Positions 18,074 through 26,042 of a stretch of 46,519 nucleotides of DNA are shown here, one piece after another. The stretch comes from a virus: UHGV virus genome UHGV-0211968; one strand, given 5' to 3'. Within the stretch, counting starts at the first letter, position 1, and each line of letters begins with the position of its first letter. Below the pieces are notes generated by a model, which searched no databases, was not told where the DNA came from, and saw only the letters and a program-made list of their open reading frames with translations. The position numbers and the translations under genes are program-made.

Positions 18074-18402
18074 CTTTCCACCGTCCCGCCACCGAATCCG
18101 TCTTCGAGCACGGAACACCGCGCCATTCCAGGGAACGCATCGACAAGCATGGCGGCGATATGCTCGCAAGAGAATCCGCCAAACTCGCACGGGGAACCGA
18201 ATTTCGCAAGAAGGAAATCAAAGATTTCCTTCTGCTTCATGAATATCTCTATTTCCCTGTCCCCGTCGCCGACCTCGAAGCGACAGCGGATCTTGAAAAC
18301 ATGGCGGTGCCTGTCGCGGAGAAATGCGATAGGCTCCGGCGCACGCTCCCATCGATGAAAGCCCTCAACATCGTTTGACGTCTCGACAAATGTCCTTGTC
18401 AT
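18070..18402 (-). CDS. DpdL-like QueD paralog (T-fold), putative CDG decarboxylase
   Basis: EGFH.W, LRDRHRHVF (LxxxHRHxF) and SCE..A motifs. ATGA-coupled to the TGT-like gene. Confidence 0.7.
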   Translation of the reverse strand: MTRTFVETSNDVEGFHRWERAPEPIAFLRDRHRHVFKIRCRFEVGDGDREIEIFMKQKEIFDFLLAKFGSPCEFGGFSCEHIAAMLVDAFPGMARCSVLEDGFGGGTVER

Positions 18403-18887
18403 ACCTCGTGCTCCTTTCCCCAGTACGGGCAGACGGTCATCTTCGGCTCTTTTTCCTTTTCGGGCTTTTTCTTCGCCGGATCGAACATGTCGTCCAATCC
18501 GACATTCTGCGTCGCATCGCAAAACCCGAAATCCTCCATCCTGAAATCGAGTTCCAGTTCCTTCAGGCTTTCCAGCTCGTTTCCGAGTTTCTCGAAATTC
18601 CATCCGGAAAATTCCGCGACCTTGTTGTCCACGAGGCGGAACGCCCGGACCTGCGCGTCGGTGAGGTCGTCCGCGACGATGCACGGAATCTTTTCTAGGC
18701 CGAGCTTCTGCGCCGCCTTGTAGCGCGTGTGCCCGGCGACGATGACGCCTTCACTGTCGATGACGATCGGGACCTTGAACCCGAACTTCTGGATGCTCTC
18801 GGCGACCTTGTCCACCGCGTCGTCGTTGTTCCTCGGATTGTCCTCGTAAGGACGGATCCCGTCAAGCGGCCTGTCGATAACCTGCAT
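18399..18887 (-). CDS. ParB/Srx N-terminal domain protein
   Basis: PYEDNPRNN, SIQKFGF, IVAGHTR..AA, FRLVDNK. Degenerate C-terminal CPYWG. Confidence 0.9.
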   Translation of the reverse strand: MQVIDRPLDGIRPYEDNPRNNDDAVDKVAESIQKFGFKVPIVIDSEGVIVAGHTRYKAAQKLGLEKIPCIVADDLTDAQVRAFRLVDNKVAEFSGWNFEKLGNELESLKELELDFRMEDFGFCDATQNVGLDDMFDPAKKKPEKEKEPKMTVCPYWGKEHEV

Positions 18888-18899
18888 GTTCTTCTCCCG

Positions 18900-19030
18900 T
18901 GTCTGAAAAATTCAGTTCATACTAAATATAATCCATTTAATATAACGATGACTATAAAACATTGTAAAATTTTCATCAAAAGAGAAAATAGTTTCATATT
19001 TCAATTAAACGTAAATTTAATGCAGCAAAA
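18900..19030 (-). promoter_or_regulatory. AT-rich promoter region of the modification-packaging operon
   Basis: Very AT-rich intergenic stretch between a terminator and the first gene of the operon. Exact boxes not assigned. Confidence 0.5.
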
Positions 19031-19050
19031 GAGTTTCGACGGAAAACAGG

Positions 19051-19075
19051 AAAAGGCCCCGGTCTCCCGGGGCCT
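19051..19075 (-). terminator. Rho-independent terminator
   Basis: AGGCCCCGG/CCGGGGCCT stem with a U run on the - strand. Confidence 0.75.
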
Positions 19076-19097
19076 CCCGATTCCGGGACGCCTTGCG

Positions 19098-19316
19098 TCA
19101 CTGTCTCGCCGCGGAGACCGCGGAAGCCCTCGCGGGCGTCCGTTCCCTCTCCATGCAGCCGATCCAGCGGAGCGTCCTCACGCAGTCCCTGATGCCTTCG
19201 CGCACCATCGGGTCGCGGATGCGCCCGCCGTCCGCGTCCACCTGGTCGTTCAAATCTTCCAGGTGGCGCAGCAGAGTGCATTTCGTCCTTTCCATCGTCT
19301 CCTCTTCCTTTTCCAT
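19098..19316 (-). CDS. Hypothetical protein
   Basis: 72 aa, GGGAG RBS, in an operon with the next two genes. Confidence 0.6.
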   Translation of the reverse strand: MEKEEETMERTKCTLLRHLEDLNDQVDADGGRIRDPMVREGIRDCVRTLRWIGCMERERTPARASAVSAARQ

Positions 19317-19319
19317 GCG

Positions 19320-19640
19320 TCACTCCCTCATTTTCAGGACGAGCGCCTCGGCGTCGTCCTTCGTGAAAGTGAACCCGGCGAACGTCACCTTCGGCATCTT
19401 CGCGAACGCGCCCGAAAGCGCGCCCTCCACCAGTTCGACGTCCACCAGGCCGTCCTCGCCGACGATCCCGACCGCGCCGAGCCAGCCCTTTAGCCTCGCT
19501 CCGGCTACGTCCGGGTTCGAGTTCATCGCTCCCAGCGCGGCGTACATGAGAAAACGCCTGCCGAGGTCGGGGACCTTGGCAACGTTTTCGGACATGAACT
19601 CCGTGAACCTGGAGACGGCATCGCCGTATTCGAGCTTCAT
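19320..19640 (-). CDS. Hypothetical protein
   Basis: 106 aa, phage-like codon usage. Confidence 0.7.
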   Translation of the reverse strand: MKLEYGDAVSRFTEFMSENVAKVPDLGRRFLMYAALGAMNSNPDVAGARLKGWLGAVGIVGEDGLVDVELVEGALSGAFAKMPKVTFAGFTFTKDDAEALVLKMRE

Positions 19641-19655
19641 CGTCGCTTCCCCCGC

Positions 19656-20210
19656 CTAGGTCGTGGAGGACGCCGTCGGGGCGGTCCACGAGTTGTGCAG
19701 CGGCATCGGCTGCGGGCACACCGCGGAGGCCGGGACGATGGTCTTGGTGATTCCCGAAAGCGTCGCCTGGATGCAGGCAATCTGCGACTGGACAGCCGCG
19801 TTCGCGGAAGCGACGGACTGCGCCACCGCGTTCACCTGCCCGAGCACGATCTGCTCCCGGAGCGGGGCCGCGGTCTCGATGGCGGACACACGGTCCTTCA
19901 GTCCCGAGATGGCGGCGTCCTGCGCCTTGTCGAGCGCCCGGAGGTCCTTGTAGACCTCGACGAGCTTCGCGTCGGTCGCCTTGTCCGCCTTGAGCTGCGC
20001 TATCTCCGCGTCCTTCTGCGCCATGGCGAGCGTCATCGCGTCGTTGGCCGCGCAGGCCATGCGGTTCCCGTTGCCGTTGAAGATTCCGCCGAGACCGTTC
20101 CCCCCGAGAATGCCCGAGGCGAGGGATGTCCCGATGATGCCAAGCGCGAGCCCGGCGTTCCCCACGCCCTTCGACGCGTAGGTGTCGCTGTTTTCCGTAT
20201 AGGTGGCCAT
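19656..20210 (-). CDS. Gly-zipper/coiled-coil hypothetical protein
   Basis: AAGGAGG RBS. ASKGVGNAGLALGIIGT segment followed by a coiled coil. Confidence 0.8.
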   Translation of the reverse strand: MATYTENSDTYASKGVGNAGLALGIIGTSLASGILGGNGLGGIFNGNGNRMACAANDAMTLAMAQKDAEIAQLKADKATDAKLVEVYKDLRALDKAQDAAISGLKDRVSAIETAAPLREQIVLGQVNAVAQSVASANAAVQSQIACIQATLSGITKTIVPASAVCPQPMPLHNSWTAPTASSTT

Positions 20211-20397
20211 AAAGCCCCTCCTTGTCCATGCCCGGCCGCATTGCCGGACATCTACAAAGCTACCCTATGTTCCGGGGAAAATCCGCCCCGTGGACGACAC
20301 GTCGCAAGAAGTCGCAAGGAAGCGCAAAGTTTGGCAAATCTTCGTAAAATTTCCTGAGGTTTGCTGACAAATTTTTCAGTTTTTGTAAATTGTCGGC

Positions 20398-20883
20398 ATG
20401 GAACAGGCTCAATCTAAAGACATTGTTTCCGAAAACCGGACAAGACAGGCAGAATACAACTACGCATTCGATTGCGGCTACCAGTTCGGGTACGGGGAAG
20501 GAAAAGTCTGCGGCGAGAAAGAAGGCTTTTCCAAGGGCTTTGAATCCGCCGTCCTGGCGGTATTTCATGACCTCAACTCATTCCAGAGCACCGTGGCCGG
20601 GGCGGAACTGTTCATCAAGAGATTTAACGAACGGTTCCATCCCTATTCGATTCTCCAGGCAAGGATAGGAGTCAATCCCTCGACAATGACGCCTACCGCG
20701 TTTTTTGTCACCAATACGCCAAAGGACAAGATCAGGGAACTCGACAGGCTGAAGCGCGAAGTCGAACGCGAAATAATGGCAAGCAGCGACGCCCGGCCTA
20801 TAAGCGTCTGGAGCGTCAGGAACGAGAACATTTGCGAAGATTCCATCAGGGACGACTTCCCCATGGCAAGGAAGGCTGTCTAG
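20398..20883 (+). CDS. Hypothetical protein, partner of the HEPN-like gene
   Basis: 161 aa, opposite strand to flanks, GxxxG repeat near the N-terminus. Stop abuts next ATG. Confidence 0.7.
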   Translation: MEQAQSKDIVSENRTRQAEYNYAFDCGYQFGYGEGKVCGEKEGFSKGFESAVLAVFHDLNSFQSTVAGAELFIKRFNERFHPYSILQARIGVNPSTMTPTAFFVTNTPKDKIRELDRLKREVEREIMASSDARPISVWSVRNENICEDSIRDDFPMARKAV

Positions 20884-21363
20884 ATGCCCGGTTTTGACGC
20901 CCACATAGTGCAGGCGGATTCGAACATCGCATTCGTCAAGGAAATCCAGAAGTCGGGAAAATTTCCCGACTGGCTGGTCACCGGATGCTTCTATACGGCG
21001 GTACACCTAATCGAAGCCGACATATTCACGAAAAAGACAGTCTATTACAAGGACAGCCATGTACCTGTAAAGCCGCTGTCGGGCATAAACCATTCGGAAG
21101 ACGTCAGAAAGCATTTCCCTAAAGAGTCCCTGGTTCCGCACTCTCCGCATTACCTGAGAAAAGTAATCATCAACACGAAAGGGAACAATTATTCTCCCGA
21201 TGTAGCCGACGCATACGCAAATTTGGAGGAACATTCCCATGTCTCCCGCTATGGCTGCTATTCCAACTGTGAAGAATTTGTCGAAGAATCCATCGAAGGG
21301 TTAAACCTGATAATAGAGGATTTTAACAGGAAACACCCCGATACGACCTTACCCAAGGTCTAG
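20884..21363 (+). CDS. HEPN-like domain protein
   Basis: H..QA..N, DWLVTGCFYTAVH and Y..L...S..SRY pattern of HEPN helical bundles. Low GC. Confidence 0.65.
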   Translation: MPGFDAHIVQADSNIAFVKEIQKSGKFPDWLVTGCFYTAVHLIEADIFTKKTVYYKDSHVPVKPLSGINHSEDVRKHFPKESLVPHSPHYLRKVIINTKGNNYSPDVADAYANLEEHSHVSRYGCYSNCEEFVEESIEGLNLIIEDFNRKHPDTTLPKV

Positions 21364-21507
21364 TTTTCTTTTATTCCCTACAAGCGAATCAAACATAAAA
21401 TTTCCCGACTTGACTTCTACACCCAGCTCGTCAATCTCTCTTGCTAGGGTTCCTTTGTCCGCCTTGGATAAATTTTCCTTTAATTCTTCTAGAAGTTCGC
21501 TTTTCAT
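21349..21507 (-). CDS. Small AT-rich hypothetical protein (52 aa)
   Basis: AAGGA upstream. MKSELLEELKENL... No other support. Confidence 0.35.
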   Translation of the reverse strand: MKSELLEELKENLSKADKGTLAREIDELGVEVKSGNFMFDSLVGNKRKLDLG

Positions 21508-21627
21508 GGAGTTTACTTCCTTGTTTCTAAGGTGAAATCAGCAATCAAGGTTTTCTTTTATAACCCATTACTATAGGTCTATTAAAAATAGATAAACCAT
21601 AATAAAGGCTAACCAACACTGGTTAAT

Positions 21628-22089
21628 TTATAATCTTTTTTCAAAATCGACAAGACGCTGTTTGGATTTTCTAGCCGTTTTTACTTTTTCCATTTCGGAT
21701 TTCCAGTCCGCCGGGCTGGTCTCGAACACGCGTATTTCGCAGCGCGACTCCTTCCCGACGGCGTGGGAGACGCGGGGCGTGCCGATGCGCGTCCAGCAGT
21801 CGTCCTCGATGACGCCCGCCTTCACGAGCAGGTCCTGCACGCCCGAAAGCTGGTTGTCCCCGTCGCGCCTCCGAAGGTCCGAATGGACAAAGAGAATCTC
21901 GATTTCCGCATACGGATACGGCCTTTCCGGGATTCCCTGCGCCAGGAGCTGCATCAATGCCGAATCCCGCCAGCGGCGGAACTGCGGGCTCTTCACCATC
22001 GTGCGGGTGCGGGAGTTGAACGTCTGCGAGTTCTTCTGCGCGGGCGTCTCGCCACGGATAACGTAGTCGCGGCGTCGTAGCCTTTCCAT
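21628..22089 (-). CDS. rusA: RusA-like Holliday junction resolvase
   Basis: P.QKNS and RRRDGDNQLSGVQDLLVKAGVIEDD catalytic motif. Confidence 0.85.
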   Translation of the reverse strand: MERLRRRDYVIRGETPAQKNSQTFNSRTRTMVKSPQFRRWRDSALMQLLAQGIPERPYPYAEIEILFVHSDLRRRDGDNQLSGVQDLLVKAGVIEDDCWTRIGTPRVSHAVGKESRCEIRVFETSPADWKSEMEKVKTARKSKQRLVDFEKRL

Positions 22090-22103
22090 CGGGTTTTCCT
22101 CCC

Positions 22104-22625
22104 TCACTTCCACAGCACCTGCCTCCTGGGATTCCCGTCGATGGAGACGCCCACGTGGAAGAAGCGGATGCCCGACGACAGGTCCTTCGGCGTCTTGCAA
22201 TAGACGATGAGCTGGTCGATGGCTACCTGGGCGTTCCCGACAAGGACGGTCTGGCCGACCGCCCGTTCCAGGACGCCGAGCAGATTCCCCAGTTCCCCCT
22301 GCGTGATGTAGGACGGCACGATGTCCGCGGCGAGGCCTTCCAGGTGCGCGGAGTTCTTCGCCCCGCCCACCTTCGCGTTCACCTCCGCCGATCGGAAGCC
22401 GGAGTTCACCCTTATCGGATGCCCGTATTCCTCGCGCACGCTGTCGAGAAAGAAGCCGAGCAGTCGCAGGTTGTTTACCTGCTTCCACGTCGGCGCGTTC
22501 GGGAGCCATGTGTCCGTATGGACCAGTTCCGGGAAACTGAAGCGCTCCGGGAAGCGCCACGATTCGAGAGCGTAGGCGTACCGCGCCATGTCCTGCGGCG
22601 TGGGGTTCTTCGGGATTCGCTTCAC
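22104..22625 (-). CDS. Endolysin, peptidase M15A family
   Basis: VNSGFRS, SAHLEGLAADI and FFHV Zn-peptidase motifs. Confidence 0.85.
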   Translation of the reverse strand: MKRIPKNPTPQDMARYAYALESWRFPERFSFPELVHTDTWLPNAPTWKQVNNLRLLGFFLDSVREEYGHPIRVNSGFRSAEVNAKVGGAKNSAHLEGLAADIVPSYITQGELGNLLGVLERAVGQTVLVGNAQVAIDQLIVYCKTPKDLSSGIRFFHVGVSIDGNPRRQVLWK

Positions 22626-22906
22626 TTTTCGCCCTCTTTCCTGAGCAGGTCCTCGCGCATGTCGAGGATGATTCCGTAGGCGGACATCGCGTAGTACTGG
22701 GCCTGCATGAGTTTCGCCATGGTAAACGACACTTTCCTCCGCTCTTCGCCGCGCAGGGCGGCGGCAAGCTTTTCTGTCCCGAGCACCATCTTCGCAAATT
22801 CCGCCTTTAGCTGTCTGATGGAATCCGGTTTCGCCTGTTTCTTCCCGGAATCAACTCCGTCGAGCTTCGCCGTTTCCGCCTTTTTCGTCGTTTCCTTCTT
22901 TTTCAC
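22622..22906 (-). CDS. Small helical phage protein (crAss001_48-like)
   Basis: QLKAE...KL and LMQAQYYAMSAYGIIL.MR pattern. Confidence 0.55.
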   Translation of the reverse strand: MKKKETTKKAETAKLDGVDSGKKQAKPDSIRQLKAEFAKMVLGTEKLAAALRGEERRKVSFTMAKLMQAQYYAMSAYGIILDMREDLLRKEGEK

Positions 22907-23032
22907 TTTTCGCTCCTTTTTGTACGTTTTCTAGACATTTTGTATCGGTTTGCGGAATTTTTCCGCACAAATCCGCCGTTTGCGGAAACCTTGTAGACAT
23001 TTCCGGGCATTTTCGTGGGTTCACGAAAATGG

Positions 23033-23515
23033 TCATCCGAACACCTCGCCCACGGTCGGTCCTTTCAGGGCGTCCGGATTCTTCACGATTTTAAGCTTTC
23101 CGTAGAAGCGGATGCCGTTCCGGTCGTGTTTCTTCCCGTAATGCCCTCCGGCGAAGTGCTCCACGAGCCATTCGGCGAAGCTCGCCTTGCGGCGCGGAAT
23201 CCCGGCGTCCCGCATCGTCCCCCTGAAGATGTCGTCCGCCACGTCCTTCGGAAGTTTCTCCGAGCCGTAGAGGAAGTCGTGGACCAGACCGGCGAGCGTG
23301 TAGGGCAGGTTTTTCTCGTCGATGTTCGGGAGATACCAGCGGAACATTTTCGGCACGCTCGCGCCGTCCCAGGTCAATCCCCGGAAGAACTTGAAGCGGT
23401 ATTCCCTGCCGTCGTTGTCCGTCCAGATTGCGTCGATGTCGTTATCGAGACGGAAGAGACCGCCTTTCAGTTTCGTCCACGAGAACGGGTCCCACGATTT
23501 AAGCTTGAAGTTCAT
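23033..23515 (-). CDS. DUF1353 domain protein
   Basis: WDGASVP, AGLVHDFLY and ADDIF motifs. Confidence 0.8.
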   Translation of the reverse strand: MNFKLKSWDPFSWTKLKGGLFRLDNDIDAIWTDNDGREYRFKFFRGLTWDGASVPKMFRWYLPNIDEKNLPYTLAGLVHDFLYGSEKLPKDVADDIFRGTMRDAGIPRRKASFAEWLVEHFAGGHYGKKHDRNGIRFYGKLKIVKNPDALKGPTVGEVFG

Positions 23516-23685
23516 TTCGCCTCCTCCGGGAAGTGCTCCCGGTTGTATTCCTCGATTCGTCTCCGTTCCTTTTCTCGCCAGTCCGTCCGATTCCGCACGG
23601 CCATTTTGCCGTCGTCGGCAATATGGTTCGAACGGTTTTCAAAGGCGAGGGTCAGTGCCGTCAGTAGCGGATTCAGGCAGCTCAT
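23512..23685 (-). CDS. Small hypothetical protein
   Basis: ATGA-coupled chain in the lysis region. Confidence 0.45.
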   Translation of the reverse strand: MSCLNPLLTALTLAFENRSNHIADDGKMAVRNRTDWREKERRRIEEYNREHFPEEAK

Positions 23686-23749
23686 AATGTCCCCCACATG
23701 GATAGAATTACGATGTCGAGAAGCCCGAGTATCAAGAGGTCGCTACGGG

Positions 23750-23902
23750 TCATCCCGCGCACCCTCCGGTCCAAACGTCCACGGCAATCTTTGCAAAGAC
23801 GGCAAGCAGGAGCAGCGTAAGCCCTCCGCCAAGGAGTGCCGTCATAATCTTCATTCCCAGTATCAGACCGTAGTCATCATCGTAATCGTCCCGGTAGTTC
23901 AT
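23750..23902 (-). CDS. Small single-TM protein (50 aa)
   Basis: ATGA-coupled. Acidic N-terminus then ALLGGGLTLLLLAVFA. Confidence 0.5.
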   Translation of the reverse strand: MNYRDDYDDDYGLILGMKIMTALLGGGLTLLLLAVFAKIAVDVWTGGCAG

Positions 23903-24108
23903 CCTTCCTCCAGTTTCCGCTTTATCCATTCGATGTTCACCTCGATGTTGGCGAGCTTCGTGCCCAGCTCCATGGAGTCGTATTTTTCCACCCGCTTCTT
24001 CAGCTGCTCGATCTCCTTGCCCTGCGTGCGCACGGTGAAGAGAAGCCCGATGATGACCGCCGCGAGCGCCGGGGTCGCGTTCTGTATCGTCGAGAGGATT
24101 TCGTTCAC
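23899..24108 (-). CDS. Holin-like single-TM coiled-coil protein
   Basis: GGAGG RBS and GTG start. TM ALAAVIIGLLFTV then coiled coil. Between fibres and lysin. Confidence 0.55.
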   Translation of the reverse strand: MNEILSTIQNATPALAAVIIGLLFTVRTQGKEIEQLKKRVEKYDSMELGTKLANIEVNIEWIKRKLEEG

Positions 24109-24110
24109 GG

Positions 24111-25172
24111 CTAGCCTCCCGTCGAGAAGTCGATGCCTATCGGGACGAGCGACGTCTGCGTCGATGACAGCGTCTTGAATACCAGCAGGTCCACGGCGCG
24201 TCCGTTCTTCAGCGTGAAGTAGCCGCTCTTGCCGTTCGCGCCGCCGGTGAACGTGTACTTCCTGTCGCTCCCGGTCGCGTTCACGAACGTCACGCGACCG
24301 CCGGACGGCGCCCCGGCGCAGTAGCGGGAAAGGTCGCCGTCGTAGGCGTAGGCCGTATCGACGAAGTAGGGCAATGCCGGGGCGTAGGCCATTCCGTTGT
24401 CTTTCAGGGACAGCTTCGAACAGGAGAGCCTTTCCGTGGCGACGGATTTCGCCGATACCGCCGCGATCGCCCCTGTCAGCGTGACGTTCCCGGAAATAGA
24501 CAGGTCTCCGGTCACGCTTATGGGCCGTCCCGCCGTCGTGGGGGCGATGCTGTCCGTCTTCACGTTCCCCTCCACGCCCAGCGCGGCGAGCCACGCCGTG
24601 ACGACGAGCGTCATCCCCGGAGCGGAAATTTTCGCCGTCTTCACCTCGTCCGTCCTTACCAGTTCCTTGCCCGCCTGGTAGCCGTCCCCGAAGCCGAGCG
24701 GCACGCGCGATTCGAGCGTCTGCTCGTCCGGGTCGGCGACGAGCATCGAGTTCCCGAGCATCGCCTTGCCTTTCACGTCGAGGTCGCCCGTCACCGTCGT
24801 GTTGCCGAGGACCAGGTACTTCGTGTCGCCCTGGCCCTGGTTCGTCCCCTCGATGGAGTCCGCCTTCAGGCCTCCCGTCACCGTGGGCTTCGAAAGCGTG
24901 CGCCCGTCCATTATGTAGGCGGTCAGGATCTTGCCGCCCTGGGTCTCCTCTATCTTGAACACGATGTCGCCGACGCGGTGTTGCGGCGAGTCGTTCGTCA
25001 TCGCCTTCGCCCCCACGAGCCAGTCGAAGAGGTCGCCGAGCGATACCTTCCTGTCGCGGTCGGAACCCTCGCCCTGGAGGATGTAGGCCCGGTTGTCCGC
25101 CGGGCTCGGGAAACCGCCGCTCCCGAAGTCCGCGTCGGGAAGGTTCAGCACTGTCGTTATGTTTTCCGGCAT
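24111..25172 (-). CDS. Tail fibre/spike-related protein
   Basis: Beta-rich VTGDL.V.G repeats. Position after baseplate genes. AGGAG RBS. Confidence 0.6.
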   Translation of the reverse strand: MPENITTVLNLPDADFGSGGFPSPADNRAYILQGEGSDRDRKVSLGDLFDWLVGAKAMTNDSPQHRVGDIVFKIEETQGGKILTAYIMDGRTLSKPTVTGGLKADSIEGTNQGQGDTKYLVLGNTTVTGDLDVKGKAMLGNSMLVADPDEQTLESRVPLGFGDGYQAGKELVRTDEVKTAKISAPGMTLVVTAWLAALGVEGNVKTDSIAPTTAGRPISVTGDLSISGNVTLTGAIAAVSAKSVATERLSCSKLSLKDNGMAYAPALPYFVDTAYAYDGDLSRYCAGAPSGGRVTFVNATGSDRKYTFTGGANGKSGYFTLKNGRAVDLLVFKTLSSTQTSLVPIGIDFSTGG

Positions 25173-25194
25173 TGTCTTTTCTCTCCTTTGTATG

Positions 25195-26031
25195 CTAATC
25201 GGCCTTGAAGGCCATGAGCGTGGATACGTACGTGTAGTCGTTGCTGCTCGTTCCGCCGCCTTCCTTGTAGATGAACGGAGGGACGACAACTTGCTGTCCG
25301 TAGAAGTTCGTGGAGGTCTCGCCGGCAAGGACGACGGTGTTCCCGCCGTTCAGCGTCCTTTTCGCGGCCATGTCTATCTTGCCGACGAAGGCGGCGTATC
25401 TCGCCGAGTATACAGGGACAAAACCCTTGTTGAATCCGTTCGACAGTGTTGCCGTATGGACGCATGTCAGGACTTCCGACTTGTAAACGGTCTCGTTCAG
25501 GACCGTTCCCCAGACGCTCTTCACGGTCGAGGAGCTCGACGTGTCGACGTAGAGCGAAACGGGCTTGGCGCCGTGCCTGTCCGTCGACACGGATTCGCGG
25601 AAGGCGTCCGAAAGCCCGTAGGATGTCGGGACGAGAACCTGGCATTCCGACTGCGGGAGGAACATGTGCCAGTTCTCCACGGTGAAGCGGTAGGCGTCGA
25701 GAAGCCCGTACGGGTCTTCTATGTAAACCTTCTTCGCCGTCCCTGAAAGGTATGGTTCCACCGTCGCGATGCCGTAGCCGTGCGGGATGCCCCTCGCCGC
25801 GCCCGTGGAGGTGTTCCCGGCCCAGCGGACGTAGGGGGCGCTGTCCGCCGCGAAGCCGCCCGACTTTCCGCGAAGGTCCACGATGCGACCCTGCGTCCCG
25901 GGCTGGAAGTACTTCTCGCCGTCCGCGTGCCCGGCGATGTAGAGCAGGGGGCATTTCGTCCCCGAGTTCGCCGTCCCGGCGCCCGATATGGCCACCTTTT
26001 CCGCGGAGGCCGTCTGGAAGTATATCGCCAT
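25195..26031 (-). CDS. Putative tail/receptor-binding protein
   Basis: 278 aa, Gly/Thr/Tyr-rich, in the fibre cluster. Confidence 0.55.
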   Translation of the reverse strand: MAIYFQTASAEKVAISGAGTANSGTKCPLLYIAGHADGEKYFQPGTQGRIVDLRGKSGGFAADSAPYVRWAGNTSTGAARGIPHGYGIATVEPYLSGTAKKVYIEDPYGLLDAYRFTVENWHMFLPQSECQVLVPTSYGLSDAFRESVSTDRHGAKPVSLYVDTSSSSTVKSVWGTVLNETVYKSEVLTCVHTATLSNGFNKGFVPVYSARYAAFVGKIDMAAKRTLNGGNTVVLAGETSTNFYGQQVVVPPFIYKEGGGTSSNDYTYVSTLMAFKAD

Positions 26032-26042
26032 CCTTGTCCCCC

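Noticed and set aside
15465..18402. Auxiliary queuosine tRNA or folate biosynthesis operon
   Set aside because: queC, queF, queA and folate genes are absent. The TGT-like protein lacks the Zn site of tRNA TGTs, and the context favours DNA modification, though this is not proven.
18994..20241. 415-aa - strand ORF
   Set aside because: Alternative frame over three shorter ORFs that have RBSs and normal composition.
22910..23030. Loose repeats (TAGACATTT twice, TTTGCGGAA twice) and similar phased A/T tracts at 20300-20395 and 42470-42550
   Set aside because: Too degenerate to define a unit by eye. Possibly regulatory, but no supportable call.
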